Shown piece by piece: positions 7,669-16,647 of a DNA stretch of 24,000 nt. Position numbers and translations under genes: made by a program. This stretch comes from Nitrososphaerota archaeon (GTDB lineage Archaea; Thermoproteota; Nitrososphaeria_A; Caldarchaeales; Calditenuaceae): NCBI GenBank assembly GCA_041641295.1, contig JBEPYO010000001.1, forward strand, positions 1,102,808-1,126,807. Direction: 5' to 3'. The notes under the pieces were generated by a model. It saw nothing but the letters and a program-made list of their open reading frames with translations, ran no database searches and was not told where the DNA came from. Each line of letters begins with the position of its first letter. The stretch's first letter is position 1.

Positions 7669-8901
7669 CTATCTCGCTTTTACTGGGATCTTCCTCTCAG
7701 GCATCGCTGGCGGTTTGAGCAAGAGGTTTGAGACGGCTAGACCGAGGACGCTGAGAGCAGCTACTGTCATGAAGACTGGTGAATAGTGTCCAAGTAGTTC
7801 CCATAGGGATGCCGACAGTGTTGGGCCGGCTAGTGCTGAGGCGCCATAGGCTGTGAAGACGATCCCATAGTTTACCGACAGGTTTTGTATGCCGAAGAAG
7901 AGTGATGTGGCTTTGGGTGCTAGGGCGAGCCATCCGCCGAAGACGAGCCAGAGAATCGAGTAGGAGATGAGATAGATGGGGAGAGTGCTTGCCTGTGTCG
8001 CCAGCAGAGCCGCCACTATGGACAGTAGGAAGGATATGCTTGAGACGATGTTTATCTTCATCCTGTCGGCGAGGTATCCGAACAAGGGCCTCCCAAGCCC
8101 GTTGAATACCGCAAAGACTCCTGTGGCCGCAGCTGCCAGCTCAGGGCTTAGCCTAACAACCTCCTGCCCAAACTTGGCCGCTTGGCTTATCGCAATAAAT
8201 CCTCCCAGAGTTCCTAGCGCGTATGCGAGCCAGAGTCCCACAAAACTGCTCGTCCTCACCATTATGCCCGGTGTGAACTCTCTCGGCCCTACCGGCTGCT
8301 GTGTGCTGCCTCTCATCTGACCCCCACCCGTCTCGACCCTCGGAAGCATCATCAGTGGCGAGAGTGCTAGAAGTATGAGCCCATAGACTCCTCCAAGTAT
8401 GATGAATGAGTTCTTCACACCTTGGCTGGCTATCAGATAATTCGCGAGTGGGGCTGTTACGAGGGGTGAGATGCCGAAGCCCAAGACAGTCAAGCCTACC
8501 GCCAACCCTCTTCTCTCAGGGATCCAGTGGCTCGATACAGTGATCGTCGAGTTATAAATCAGCGCAACCCCAGACCCCGCCATGACACCATAGAAGAGAA
8601 TGACGTACAGCAACGGTGATTGCGTCTCCAGAGCAAAACCGGATAAAATCCAACCTCCACCCACTAGCAGTGCACCCAACAACGCGACACGCCTCGAACT
8701 ATAGGCCCTCAAAACCCTTCCACCAAGCGGCATGCAGGCCGCAAAGAAAAGGAGAAAGATAGAGAATGGTATGCCTGACTCGAAACTACCCCATCCGAGA
8801 AGAACCTCGAGTGGCTTCCTAAAGACACTCCAGCTATATATCGTCCCCAAAAGCAGATTGGCAACAAGACCCGCAAAGACGTAGACCCACCTATTCACCA
8901 T
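7669..8901 (-). CDS. MFS transporter, OFA (oxalate/formate antiporter-like) family
   Basis: About 12 TM segments; N-terminal GLVANLLLGTIYSWSVFRKPLE is typical of OFA-family MFS proteins; VFNGLGRPLFGYLADR loop motif. Confidence 0.9.
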   Translation of the reverse strand: MVNRWVYVFAGLVANLLLGTIYSWSVFRKPLEVLLGWGSFESGIPFSIFLLFFAACMPLGGRVLRAYSSRRVALLGALLVGGGWILSGFALETQSPLLYVILFYGVMAGSGVALIYNSTITVSSHWIPERRGLAVGLTVLGFGISPLVTAPLANYLIASQGVKNSFIILGGVYGLILLALSPLMMLPRVETGGGQMRGSTQQPVGPREFTPGIMVRTSSFVGLWLAYALGTLGGFIAISQAAKFGQEVVRLSPELAAAATGVFAVFNGLGRPLFGYLADRMKINIVSSISFLLSIVAALLATQASTLPIYLISYSILWLVFGGWLALAPKATSLFFGIQNLSVNYGIVFTAYGASALAGPTLSASLWELLGHYSPVFMTVAALSVLGLAVSNLLLKPPAMPERKIPVKAR

Positions 8902-9253
8902 TCGAGAACACCAGAACTTGTTGGCTGTAGTTTATATTTTAACTGTCTTTAAAAAATGCATACTATACTATAACCATGAATAATAAATAATGAAGATGAA
9001 TACGATGCATCTCTTCCCAAAGATATGTTCTCAATCAGCAAAATGGTCAGCTTGAGATGACTTTTAAACAGTGTTAAGGAGTGGCTAACGGGGAAACCAT
9101 CTGAATGTCCGCTTCAAATTGTGTGTGAGGCAGTGGTTAGACGCGGAGAGGGTTCTGTGAGCGGTTCCCCGCTCCTCCGGCCCAGAATCCCACTCAATTT
9201 GGATAATAACGGCGATAATAGGCCCTCTCACTTTCACCTAAGTCTACCAAAAG

Positions 9254-9262
9254 AAATATAAA
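9254..9262 (+). promoter_or_regulatory. Putative archaeal BRE/TATA element upstream of the hairpin-dense region and HTH-LAGLIDADG ORF
   Basis: ccaaaagAAATATAAAcc on the + strand, in an AT-rich gap just before the GC-rich structured stretch. Confidence 0.4.
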
Positions 9263-9344
9263 CCATTCATATACGAACACGGCAATAGGTGTGATTAATT
9301 GAGTAGCAGCAACCACATATTATTGGTCCACACAGGATATCTTA

Positions 9345-9590
9345 CTTACGCCGGAAAGTTGAAGGCTCTCCGGCAGGGGGAATCATTACACCTGCCGGGG
9401 AGTTGCGCCACCTTTAGAGAAACCGGGAGCCTCCCGGAAAGGCCATGTCACGGGATGTGGCATCTAGGGTTCCCCAGCAGATTGCTGAGGCGGCTTGCTC
9501 CTTGGTCGCTACACCTATAGTTGGGCAGGGGGCGGGCGGAGGTCTGCAGCTGTCTCCATCCGATAAGGCCACTTGGCTGCAGGGGGAAGG
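9345..9590 (+). ncRNA. Candidate structured RNA or structured mRNA leader of unknown identity
   Basis: Seven inverted repeats within about 240 nt: 9350-9354/9370-9374, 9370-9377/9391-9398, 9423-9429/9431-9437, 9442-9449/9454-9461, 9475-9479/9483-9487, 9490-9494/9505-9509, 9544-9550/9576-9582. Strand is uncertain. Confidence 0.35.
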
Positions 9591-10683
9591 TGGGGTAAAG
9601 AAAACTCAGCGAAGACTAACACTAGAGGAGAAGGCTAAAGTCTTAGAAGCCATTAAAATTGGAGTTGAGAGGGGCTATGGGTACGGACGGATTTGGAAGA
9701 CGTTGAAGGCGAGTGGGATGGATGTATCGAAGAGGACTGTCGAGTACTGGTATTACAAGAAATATCGGGGAAAGGTTGGAAGAAGAGGAGAATATCTCCC
9801 AAGAGAGCTGAGAATCAGGTTATATGAAGAAGCCCTGAAGATGAGAAAGGCAGGTCTTGGATACAAGAGGATTAGGAAGAGGATTGAAGAGCTGCATGGA
9901 GTCAAGCTTAGTCCTGCCGTGATTGCTGACTGGTGCAGTGGAGCACACAGCCCATACAACGGTGCAAGGATCCCCACGATAGACCATCTAAAACCATCCC
10001 CGGAGCTCGCCTACGTAATAGGCGTGGTCGCCGGTGATGGGTGGGCGGTCAAAACCAACGCAAGGAGTGGAGAGTATAGGGTCGGAGCTAGGGCAAAGGA
10101 CATTGAATTCATAGAGGAGTTCGCGAGATGCTTGGGAAAAGTTCTCGGCAGAGAGCCGCCGAGGCCGGTACCAGTGGAAGATGGGTTGCTTTTAGTATAT
10201 GTTAGATCGAGGGCGCTGTACCAACTTTTACAGAAACCCATAGACATAGACAGGATAAGACGCTTCATAGAGCACTGCGAAGACTGCAAAAGAAGTTTTC
10301 TTAGAGGATTCTATGATAGCGAGGGATCTGTAGATAATGAGGGGAAGATTCGCTGCTTAAATACAGATACTAGACTTCTCAGATATGTACAGAAACTTCT
10401 GAAGCTTCTAGGCATAGAGACAACAGGGCCAAAAATCAGTGCGAGGAAGGGAACCCTCCTATTCGACAAAAAGTTGGGGGAGGCATACAAAAAGAGAAAG
10501 AATGTATACTACATCTATGTCAAAGCGCGGGATAAATTGAAATTCTACAAACTAGTAGGGTTCACCATAAGGCGAAAGCAACAACGCCTCGAAGAATATG
10601 TAAGATGTCACGGACTTCTAGAGGACGAGCCACCCAACCAACTCTTCCCCAATTCTCTCTTCCATTCAATTCGCTCACATTAA
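9445..10683 (+). CDS. Free-standing LAGLIDADG homing endonuclease-like protein with two N-terminal HTH-like regions; start codon uncertain
   Basis: Two LAGLIDADG motifs, LAYVIGVVAGDGW and FLRGFYDSEGSVD. N-terminal HTH-like regions: TLEEKAKVLEAI..GYGYGRIWKTLKASGMDVSKRTVEYWYYKK and LRIRLYEEALKMRKAGLGYKRIRKRIEELHGVKLSPAVIADW. Confidence 0.88.
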   Translation: MSRDVASRVPQQIAEAACSLVATPIVGQGAGGGLQLSPSDKATWLQGEGGVKKTQRRLTLEEKAKVLEAIKIGVERGYGYGRIWKTLKASGMDVSKRTVEYWYYKKYRGKVGRRGEYLPRELRIRLYEEALKMRKAGLGYKRIRKRIEELHGVKLSPAVIADWCSGAHSPYNGARIPTIDHLKPSPELAYVIGVVAGDGWAVKTNARSGEYRVGARAKDIEFIEEFARCLGKVLGREPPRPVPVEDGLLLVYVRSRALYQLLQKPIDIDRIRRFIEHCEDCKRSFLRGFYDSEGSVDNEGKIRCLNTDTRLLRYVQKLLKLLGIETTGPKISARKGTLLFDKKLGEAYKKRKNVYYIYVKARDKLKFYKLVGFTIRRKQQRLEEYVRCHGLLEDEPPNQLFPNSLFHSIRSH

Positions 10684-10686
10684 CAG

Positions 10687-10779
10687 TGGGCCCGGAGGGA
10701 TTCGAACCCTCGACCTTCCGGTCTCTCCCGCCATACCTGTTATCAGCCGGACGCTCCAGCCAGGCTGAGCTACGGGCCC
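10687..10779 (-). tRNA. tRNA-Ile(GAT) with an 18-nt intron near positions 37/38; no encoded CCA
   Basis: Minus strand GGGCCCG-TA-GCTC..GAGC-G-TCCGG-CTGATA[ACAGGTATGGCGGGAGAG]A-CCGGA-AGGTC-GAGGG-TTCGAAT-CCCTC-CGGGCCC-A. The acceptor, D, anticodon and T stems all pair once 18 nt are removed, leaving 75 nt mature. Confidence 0.93.
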
Positions 10780-11067
10780 CTACGATATCCCACGTAATAT
10801 GGGCGCTATTTAGTATTTAATTTCTTTGTCCTTGAAGTAGATCTGCCCTAGATTGCGGCCTTCTTGGGTTCTCTGCTGGAAATTTACTGTTATGGGATGA
10901 CTTGGGGGGAGGCTGGTTATTTGATTTGATGCGAGATGAATAGGTGGGTTCTGAAGGAAAGTGGAGGATTGGCAAACCAATGTTTTTTACAATGGCATTT
11001 GCCTTATCTCTGGGTGCCGGTCTTCAGGCTGGCGACGAGGTTAATACATATAGGATAAAGAGTAGGC

Positions 11068-12033
11068 ATGTTTTTGCGGGAAATGTCTGATGTTGACCGT
11101 CTTGTCGGCGATGTTATAGCTGGAGATACCAGATCGCTTGCAAAGGCTATCAGTATTGTAGAGGCGGGTAGTAGTGAAGCAGGACATATACTGTCAAGGC
11201 TCGCGAAACATGTTAGGGGCAGGCCCGTCATAGGATTCTCCGGGCCACCGGGGTCGGGTAAAAGCACTCTCATAGGCAAATTTGGCGAGTATCTGAAAGG
11301 TAATGGTTTGAAGGTCGCTGTCTTGGCGATAGACCCTTCAAGCCCCTTCACAGGTGGAGCGGTTTTAGGCGATAGGGTTAGGATGGTGTCTATCGCGTCA
11401 GCGCCGGGTGTGTTCATCAGGAGTATGGCTACTCGCGGTGCGAGGGGTGGGGTTGTAGCCTATGTGAGGTCTGTTCTTCGCGTCCTCGATGCAGCTGGTT
11501 TTGACTTTATATTGGTGGAGACCGCAGGTGCTGGACAGACTGATGTATCCATCAACGATGTCGCAGATGTGGTGGCTATAGTTGTTACGCCCGACATGGG
11601 TGATAGCATCCAGGCCATAAAAGCAGGTCTTCTCGAGATAGGAGACGTCTATGTCGTTAACAAGGCGGACGACTCTAGAAGCTCGTATATTGCCTCGATG
11701 CTCGAGGCCATGCTTAGTAGGGGAGGGGCCAAGCCTGTTGTCTTGAAGACGGTTGCAACGAGGGGGGAGGGCGTGGTCGAACTGGCTGAAACATTGTTGA
11801 GGAAATGGGAGCAGCTTAAAACCGACGGCGAACTTCAAGCCAGGAGGAGGCGGCAGACCATCGCAGAGGTTGTGGCCCTAATCATGGAAGACTTTAGAAC
11901 AGCGATAGAGAGATTCTCCTCAGATAAGGAGTTTATAGCGGAGGTTGAGAGGCTGACAGCAGAGGGCCTCGACCCCAAGTCTGTCGCCCGGGAAATGAGG
12001 AGCAGGGTGCTGGAATGGGTGAATAGGCTATAG
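11068..12033 (+). CDS. meaB: Methylmalonyl-CoA mutase-associated G3E GTPase (MeaB/ArgK family)
   Basis: GFSGPPGSGKSTLIGKFGEYL, VAVLAIDPSSPFTGGAVLGDRVRM, FILVETAGAGQTDVSI and VVNKADD, immediately upstream of the mutase. Confidence 0.95.
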   Translation: MFLREMSDVDRLVGDVIAGDTRSLAKAISIVEAGSSEAGHILSRLAKHVRGRPVIGFSGPPGSGKSTLIGKFGEYLKGNGLKVAVLAIDPSSPFTGGAVLGDRVRMVSIASAPGVFIRSMATRGARGGVVAYVRSVLRVLDAAGFDFILVETAGAGQTDVSINDVADVVAIVVTPDMGDSIQAIKAGLLEIGDVYVVNKADDSRSSYIASMLEAMLSRGGAKPVVLKTVATRGEGVVELAETLLRKWEQLKTDGELQARRRRQTIAEVVALIMEDFRTAIERFSSDKEFIAEVERLTAEGLDPKSVAREMRSRVLEWVNRL

Positions 12034-12065
12034 TGTTTATATGCGTCTGAGCAGTATATGGATTC

Positions 12066-13844
12066 GTGGTAGGAATATCTGAGCGCCTCAGCGAGTTTAG
12101 CGCGAGGCGCCTCCCCTACTGGAGGGATAAGCTTGAAGCCCTCAGCAAGAGGCGCCAGGCCTCTCCGATGTATAGGGCTGACTTTTTGGAGAGGCTTGAA
12201 CAGAGTTTTAAGGATTGGAGTAGGCGGTATGCTGAGGCAGCGGCAACCGGTGAGCGGAAGGCATTCTTTAAGACGACCTCAGGGTTTGAGGTCAAGCCCC
12301 TATACACCCCACTCGACGTTAAATGGCTCGACTATGAAAGTGACTTAGGATTTTCTGGCCAGTATCCATTCACACGCGGCGTCTACACCACAATGTATAG
12401 GGGCAAGCTATGGACTATGAGGCAGTTCGCAGGCTTTGGAACACCAGAGGACACTAACAGGCGTTTCCGCTTCCTCTTAGAGCATGGTGAGACCGGGCTA
12501 AGCATCGCCTTCGACACACCCACCCTCTATGGCTACGACCCCGACAACCCGAGATGTGAAGGAGAGGTTGGGAAGTGCGGAGTCTCTGTCGCCACTGTCA
12601 GGGACATGGAGATAATTTTCGATGGGATTCCGCTGGACAAGGTGAGTGTATCGATGACGATAAACGCGCCCGCTGCTGTGCTTTTGGCCATGCTGATAGT
12701 TGTCGCCGAGAAGCAGGGGGTTCCCATGAGGCTGCTCAGGGGGACAACCCAGACAGACATCCTAAAGGAGTTCATAGCACAGAAGGAGTGGGCCTTTACA
12801 CCTGAGGCACATCTCCGCATAATAAGAGACATGATGGAGTTTTGCACCCAGAACATGCCATACTGGCACTACATCAGCATCAGCGGCTACCACATCCGCG
12901 AGGCAGGGGCGACTGCATTGCAGGAACTCGCATTCACACTCATGGATGGATTCACCTACGTCGACCTAGGAGTCAGCTCTGGAATGAGTGTCGACCAGTT
13001 TGCCCCGCGATTCTCATTCTTCTTCAACTCGACGATCAACTTCTTCGAGGAGATAGCGAAGTTCAGGGCGGCGAGGAAGATATGGGCGACGGTTTTGAAG
13101 GAGTTTTACGGCGCGAAAGACCCTAGGTCTATGACGCTCAGGTTCCACACACAGACCTCTGGAGCATCGCTAACATGGCAGCAGCCACTCAACAACATAG
13201 TCAGGACAACTATAGAGGCGCTTGCGGCAGTGCTTGGGGGGACACAGTCGCTACACACAAACTCTTACGATGAGGCTTGGGCCCTTCCCACAGAGGAGGC
13301 GGTCCTCGTGGCTCTCAGAACACAGCAGATAATCGCTGAAGAGACTGGTGTTGCTGACACGATAGACCCGCTCGCTGGATCATACTATGTTGAGTGGCTG
13401 ACTGAGCAGTTGGTGGAGGGCGCGCTGAAGTATTTCGAGAGGATTGACGAGCTTGGGGGAATGCTTGAGGCCATAAAGGCCGGTTACCCCCAGAGGGAGA
13501 TACATGAGTCGGCCTACAGGACCCAGCTGGCCTTCGAGAGGGGAGAGGAGGTGCTGGTTGGCGTCAACAAATACACCATCCCCGACGAAAAGCCGATAAG
13601 GTATCTGGTAGTGGATGAAAAAGTTGTTAAACAGCAGGTTGAGAGGCTTCAGCAAGTGAAGAGGGAGAGAGACAATGAGAAGGTTCGAAAGGCTCTCGAA
13701 AACCTTCGGAGAGCATTTGAGGACGAAAGCGTCAACGTCATGCCCTACATAATAGAAGCAGTCAAGAGCTACGCAACGCTAGAGGAGATAATGAACGTTG
13801 GACGAGAAGTATTCGGGACCTGGAGCGAGCCCGTGATAATCTAG
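12066..13844 (+). CDS. Methylmalonyl-CoA mutase, large (catalytic) subunit; GTG start
   Basis: [124 protein letters not shown]. Confidence 0.97.
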   Translation: MVGISERLSEFSARRLPYWRDKLEALSKRRQASPMYRADFLERLEQSFKDWSRRYAEAAATGERKAFFKTTSGFEVKPLYTPLDVKWLDYESDLGFSGQYPFTRGVYTTMYRGKLWTMRQFAGFGTPEDTNRRFRFLLEHGETGLSIAFDTPTLYGYDPDNPRCEGEVGKCGVSVATVRDMEIIFDGIPLDKVSVSMTINAPAAVLLAMLIVVAEKQGVPMRLLRGTTQTDILKEFIAQKEWAFTPEAHLRIIRDMMEFCTQNMPYWHYISISGYHIREAGATALQELAFTLMDGFTYVDLGVSSGMSVDQFAPRFSFFFNSTINFFEEIAKFRAARKIWATVLKEFYGAKDPRSMTLRFHTQTSGASLTWQQPLNNIVRTTIEALAAVLGGTQSLHTNSYDEAWALPTEEAVLVALRTQQIIAEETGVADTIDPLAGSYYVEWLTEQLVEGALKYFERIDELGGMLEAIKAGYPQREIHESAYRTQLAFERGEEVLVGVNKYTIPDEKPIRYLVVDEKVVKQQVERLQQVKRERDNEKVRKALENLRRAFEDESVNVMPYIIEAVKSYATLEEIMNVGREVFGTWSEPVII

Positions 13845-13851
13845 CCGCCCC

Positions 13852-14286
13852 TCACACCGCCTCCTTCCACCTCTCCTTCCTCACCCTCTCGACGATATGG
13901 TCTATTATTGTTTGGAGAGGTGTGCCTGGTCCAAAGTTTCCCGTAATGCCCTCCTTCTCCAAGATTGGTTTATGCTCCGGCGGTATAATGCCTCCTCCCA
14001 CGACCAGTATGTCACCGGCATTCCTCTCCCTCAGGAGCCTAGCCACCTTAATGAAGTTCGGAATATGGTCTGCATTGTGAAGGCTAAGAGCCACCACATC
14101 AACATCCTCTTGGATTGCTGTCTCAACTACCTCTTCAGGACTCCTCAAAATCCCGCCATAAACCACCTCAAACCCCGCATCCCTGAACGCCCTAGCAAGA
14201 ATTAAGAGGCCCCGGTCATGCCCGTCCAGCCCGGGCTTAGCAAGCAAAATACGAATCTTCCTGTGACGCGTGGTCTGGCCCGCCAC
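13852..14286 (-). CDS. Methylmalonyl-CoA mutase B12-binding (small) subunit, convergent to the large subunit
   Basis: KIRILLAKPGLDGHDRGLLILARAFRDAGFEVVYGGI (DxHxxG), VVALSLHNADH, DILVVGGGIIP, GNFGPGTPLQTII. Confidence 0.95.
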   Translation of the reverse strand: MAGQTTRHRKIRILLAKPGLDGHDRGLLILARAFRDAGFEVVYGGILRSPEEVVETAIQEDVDVVALSLHNADHIPNFIKVARLLRERNAGDILVVGGGIIPPEHKPILEKEGITGNFGPGTPLQTIIDHIVERVRKERWKEAV

Positions 14287-14547
14287 ATATTATAAAATGC
14301 CTGCAGATGTAATTAAATTTTGGCTCTCACAATATTGTCGAAGATTGGCTCACCCTTTCTGCGTGTATCACCGAAATTAACGATGATGTTCGGACAGGAG
14401 GCATATTTAAAGGCTGGGGGCTTTAGCAATCCACTTGGATAAGCTCATGAAATTATAATCCGGACAACTGGCGAAATAAGATAAATCATCCATATCCATC
14501 ATTCTCCAACAACAGCTGTCTTTATTTCCAACTAGACTGGCTGGATT

Positions 14548-15534
14548 TTACTCATCATTCTCCTTCTTGACTTCTCCCCTTATCATTGAAAGTACAATAG
14601 CAGCAAACAGGATTGAGAATATAATTGATATTGACAACCATACTGGTATTTGGATGAACCGTGCTATGAGTATTTTTATTCCCAAGAAGAATAATATGCC
14701 AGCTAGGGCGGGCTCAACATACTTGAATCTAAACATTGTAATAGCTATTAGAGAGTAAAGGGCTCTCAGCCCCAGTATTGCGGAGATATTTGAAGTGTAT
14801 GCGAGGAAGAAGTTCGATGTAATAGCTATAACGGCGGGGATAGAATCGAACGCGAATATTATGTCTGATGTTTCAATTGCAAGTAGGGCTAGGAGGAGTG
14901 GAGTAAACATTAACCTATTATCCCCTTTTGAACGAACTATAAACTTGGCACCCTCATAATAGTCAGCTATTGGAAGAACCCTCTGAGCCATTTTTACTAC
15001 AGGGTTTCTTGAGGGATCTACTTTTACCTCTCCCACCCTCAGTAACTTATATCCCGCATACATCAATACAGCACCGAAGATGTATACGGTCCAGTGGAAT
15101 TGCTCTATCAGCCAAAGTCCTCCGGCTATGAATCCGGCTCTTAAGACGATTGCCGTAACTATTCCCGCATACAATACGATCGGCTGTACGCGTGGGAGGA
15201 CTGAGAAATAGCTGAAGATTAGTGCGAAGACAAACAGGTTATCCATGCTTAAACTCTTCTCTACTACGAATGCCGCATAGTACAATCCTAGAGAATGCAG
15301 CTTATCTTCTGGGGCTGCAAACCAGTATACAAACACGCCCCACATCAGGCCTACCGCTATCCATAAAGCAGACCAAGCTCCAGCCTCCTTATACGTCATC
15401 GCATGCTTTCTTCTAACACCTATAATCAGATCTATTGCTATGAAGACTAGTATGACTATGTGATATAGTTCCCAGAACCACGTGGGAACTTCTATCTGCA
15501 CCTGGGTTTGAAGCTCAGCGGGATCTAAGCCCAT
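14548..15534 (-). CDS. TerC family integral membrane protein
   Basis: Multi-TM protein with AAFVVEKSLSMDNLFVFALIFSYF and LLALLAIETSDIIFAFDSIPAVIAIT. Confidence 0.93.
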   Translation of the reverse strand: MGLDPAELQTQVQIEVPTWFWELYHIVILVFIAIDLIIGVRRKHAMTYKEAGAWSALWIAVGLMWGVFVYWFAAPEDKLHSLGLYYAAFVVEKSLSMDNLFVFALIFSYFSVLPRVQPIVLYAGIVTAIVLRAGFIAGGLWLIEQFHWTVYIFGAVLMYAGYKLLRVGEVKVDPSRNPVVKMAQRVLPIADYYEGAKFIVRSKGDNRLMFTPLLLALLAIETSDIIFAFDSIPAVIAITSNFFLAYTSNISAILGLRALYSLIAITMFRFKYVEPALAGILFFLGIKILIARFIQIPVWLSISIIFSILFAAIVLSMIRGEVKKENDE

Positions 15535-15592
15535 ATATTGTCAGCGGGGATGGTATGCTTTTAATTAATTTAAAAACCATTCTTAATGGGCC

Positions 15593-16618
15593 CTAAAGTA
15601 TTCTGATATATTCCCTGCCAGCCCCCTCATATGAGCCTATAAGTATCTGTCTCCAAGCCTCCTCACCATTCCTCCGCGCCACCTCCAGCTTCCCATAAGC
15701 CTCGACAAGGTCACCCTCCCTCAAAACACCTGCCAACATCATGTCATAACACACAATCCTATCAATACTCCCACCCTCATCCTCCACGAAATACACCGCC
15801 GGCGTAAAGAGCGACTCCCGCACATCAACCACTCTGCCCCTCACCTTGGCCATCCCTAGAGTGGAGTAGACCACCTCGCCATACTTGTACACTGGAGCCT
15901 CGCGTACACCATGTACTGAGAAGGGCACTCCACTGAATACTCCCTTGTTTATGACGTTGGATGCGAGTCTGCGCAGGTCATGCGTTGATACCGGGTATCT
16001 TGACGAGGCCCGGATAACCCATCCCTCAGGATCGCTACCACCCAGTAAAGCCACCTCGCCCTCACGGTGCAGCTCCTTAAGCGCTTCAAGAACCCGCCAC
16101 AAATTATCCGTGCCATAGACCACCAAATCTATATCTGAATCCTGATGATGGATTGCGGGAAGGATCGACCCAGTAACGCCGAAGTGGTCTATAGGGACGC
16201 CGGAAACCTCTGTAAGCCTCTCAACGAGTGAGACTAGAAGTCTTTCAAGTCGATTGTTGGTGGGTCTGCTCAATAGCTCTTTGAGCCGCCTCTTAGAGCT
16301 GTATACTCTGGTAATGCTGCTGATGGGTGGTGCTATGACCTTAGCGCCGACGGTAGGATCGTGGAACACGTAGCCGGGCTGCCTCTCTTCTACGAAGTTG
16401 ATTATTTTTAGAAGCTCTGAAACCGTGTACTGTCGTATTACCCTGATGAATTTTTTCTCACCATTCCCCCAGATGCCATTACCTGGTACGTATTTGAGCA
16501 GGCTCCAAACCCGTCCCGCTGGATGAACGTCGCCTAAAACTAGGAAAATCCAGCCGTCAGTCGTCTCGAAATAGTCGTGGTCCCTTACTGACCCGTCGTG
16601 GCCTTCACTCTCCTGCAT
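15593..16618 (-). CDS. Predicted nucleotidyltransferase (pol-beta-like fold), paralogue A
   Basis: GVTGSILPAIHHQDSDIDLVVYG matches the GS..D-I-D-h-V motif; N-terminal VLGDVHPAGRVWSLLKYVP and C-terminal KVRGRVVD domain shared with the next gene. Confidence 0.75.
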   Translation of the reverse strand: MQESEGHDGSVRDHDYFETTDGWIFLVLGDVHPAGRVWSLLKYVPGNGIWGNGEKKFIRVIRQYTVSELLKIINFVEERQPGYVFHDPTVGAKVIAPPISSITRVYSSKRRLKELLSRPTNNRLERLLVSLVERLTEVSGVPIDHFGVTGSILPAIHHQDSDIDLVVYGTDNLWRVLEALKELHREGEVALLGGSDPEGWVIRASSRYPVSTHDLRRLASNVINKGVFSGVPFSVHGVREAPVYKYGEVVYSTLGMAKVRGRVVDVRESLFTPAVYFVEDEGGSIDRIVCYDMMLAGVLREGDLVEAYGKLEVARRNGEEAWRQILIGSYEGAGREYIRIL

Positions 16619-16647
16619 TCCTCCTTAAAACAGCTATCTTGGCGGAG

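Noticed and set aside
9345-9590. Identity as SRP RNA, RNase P RNA or 5S rRNA
   Set aside because: No SRP-type GGAAG/GCAGC asymmetric loop context, no RNase P CR-I/CR-V pair and no 5S core motifs were seen by eye. It is left as an unknown candidate pending Rfam search.
10605-10820. + strand ORF MSRTSRGRATQPTLPQ...LTVGPEGFEPSTFRSLPP...
   Set aside because: The 'GPEGFEPSTFRS' segment is the well-known artefact of translating antisense through a tRNA gene. It lies over tRNA-Ile and overlaps the endonuclease 3' end.
11398-11838. 146-aa minus-strand ORF inside meaB
   Set aside because: Fully antisense to a well-supported GTPase gene and has no family motif.
12533-12856. Long antisense/alternate-frame ORFs in the mutase large-subunit gene
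   Set aside because: High-GC coding sequence commonly opens shadow frames; the sense product matches mutase motifs throughout.
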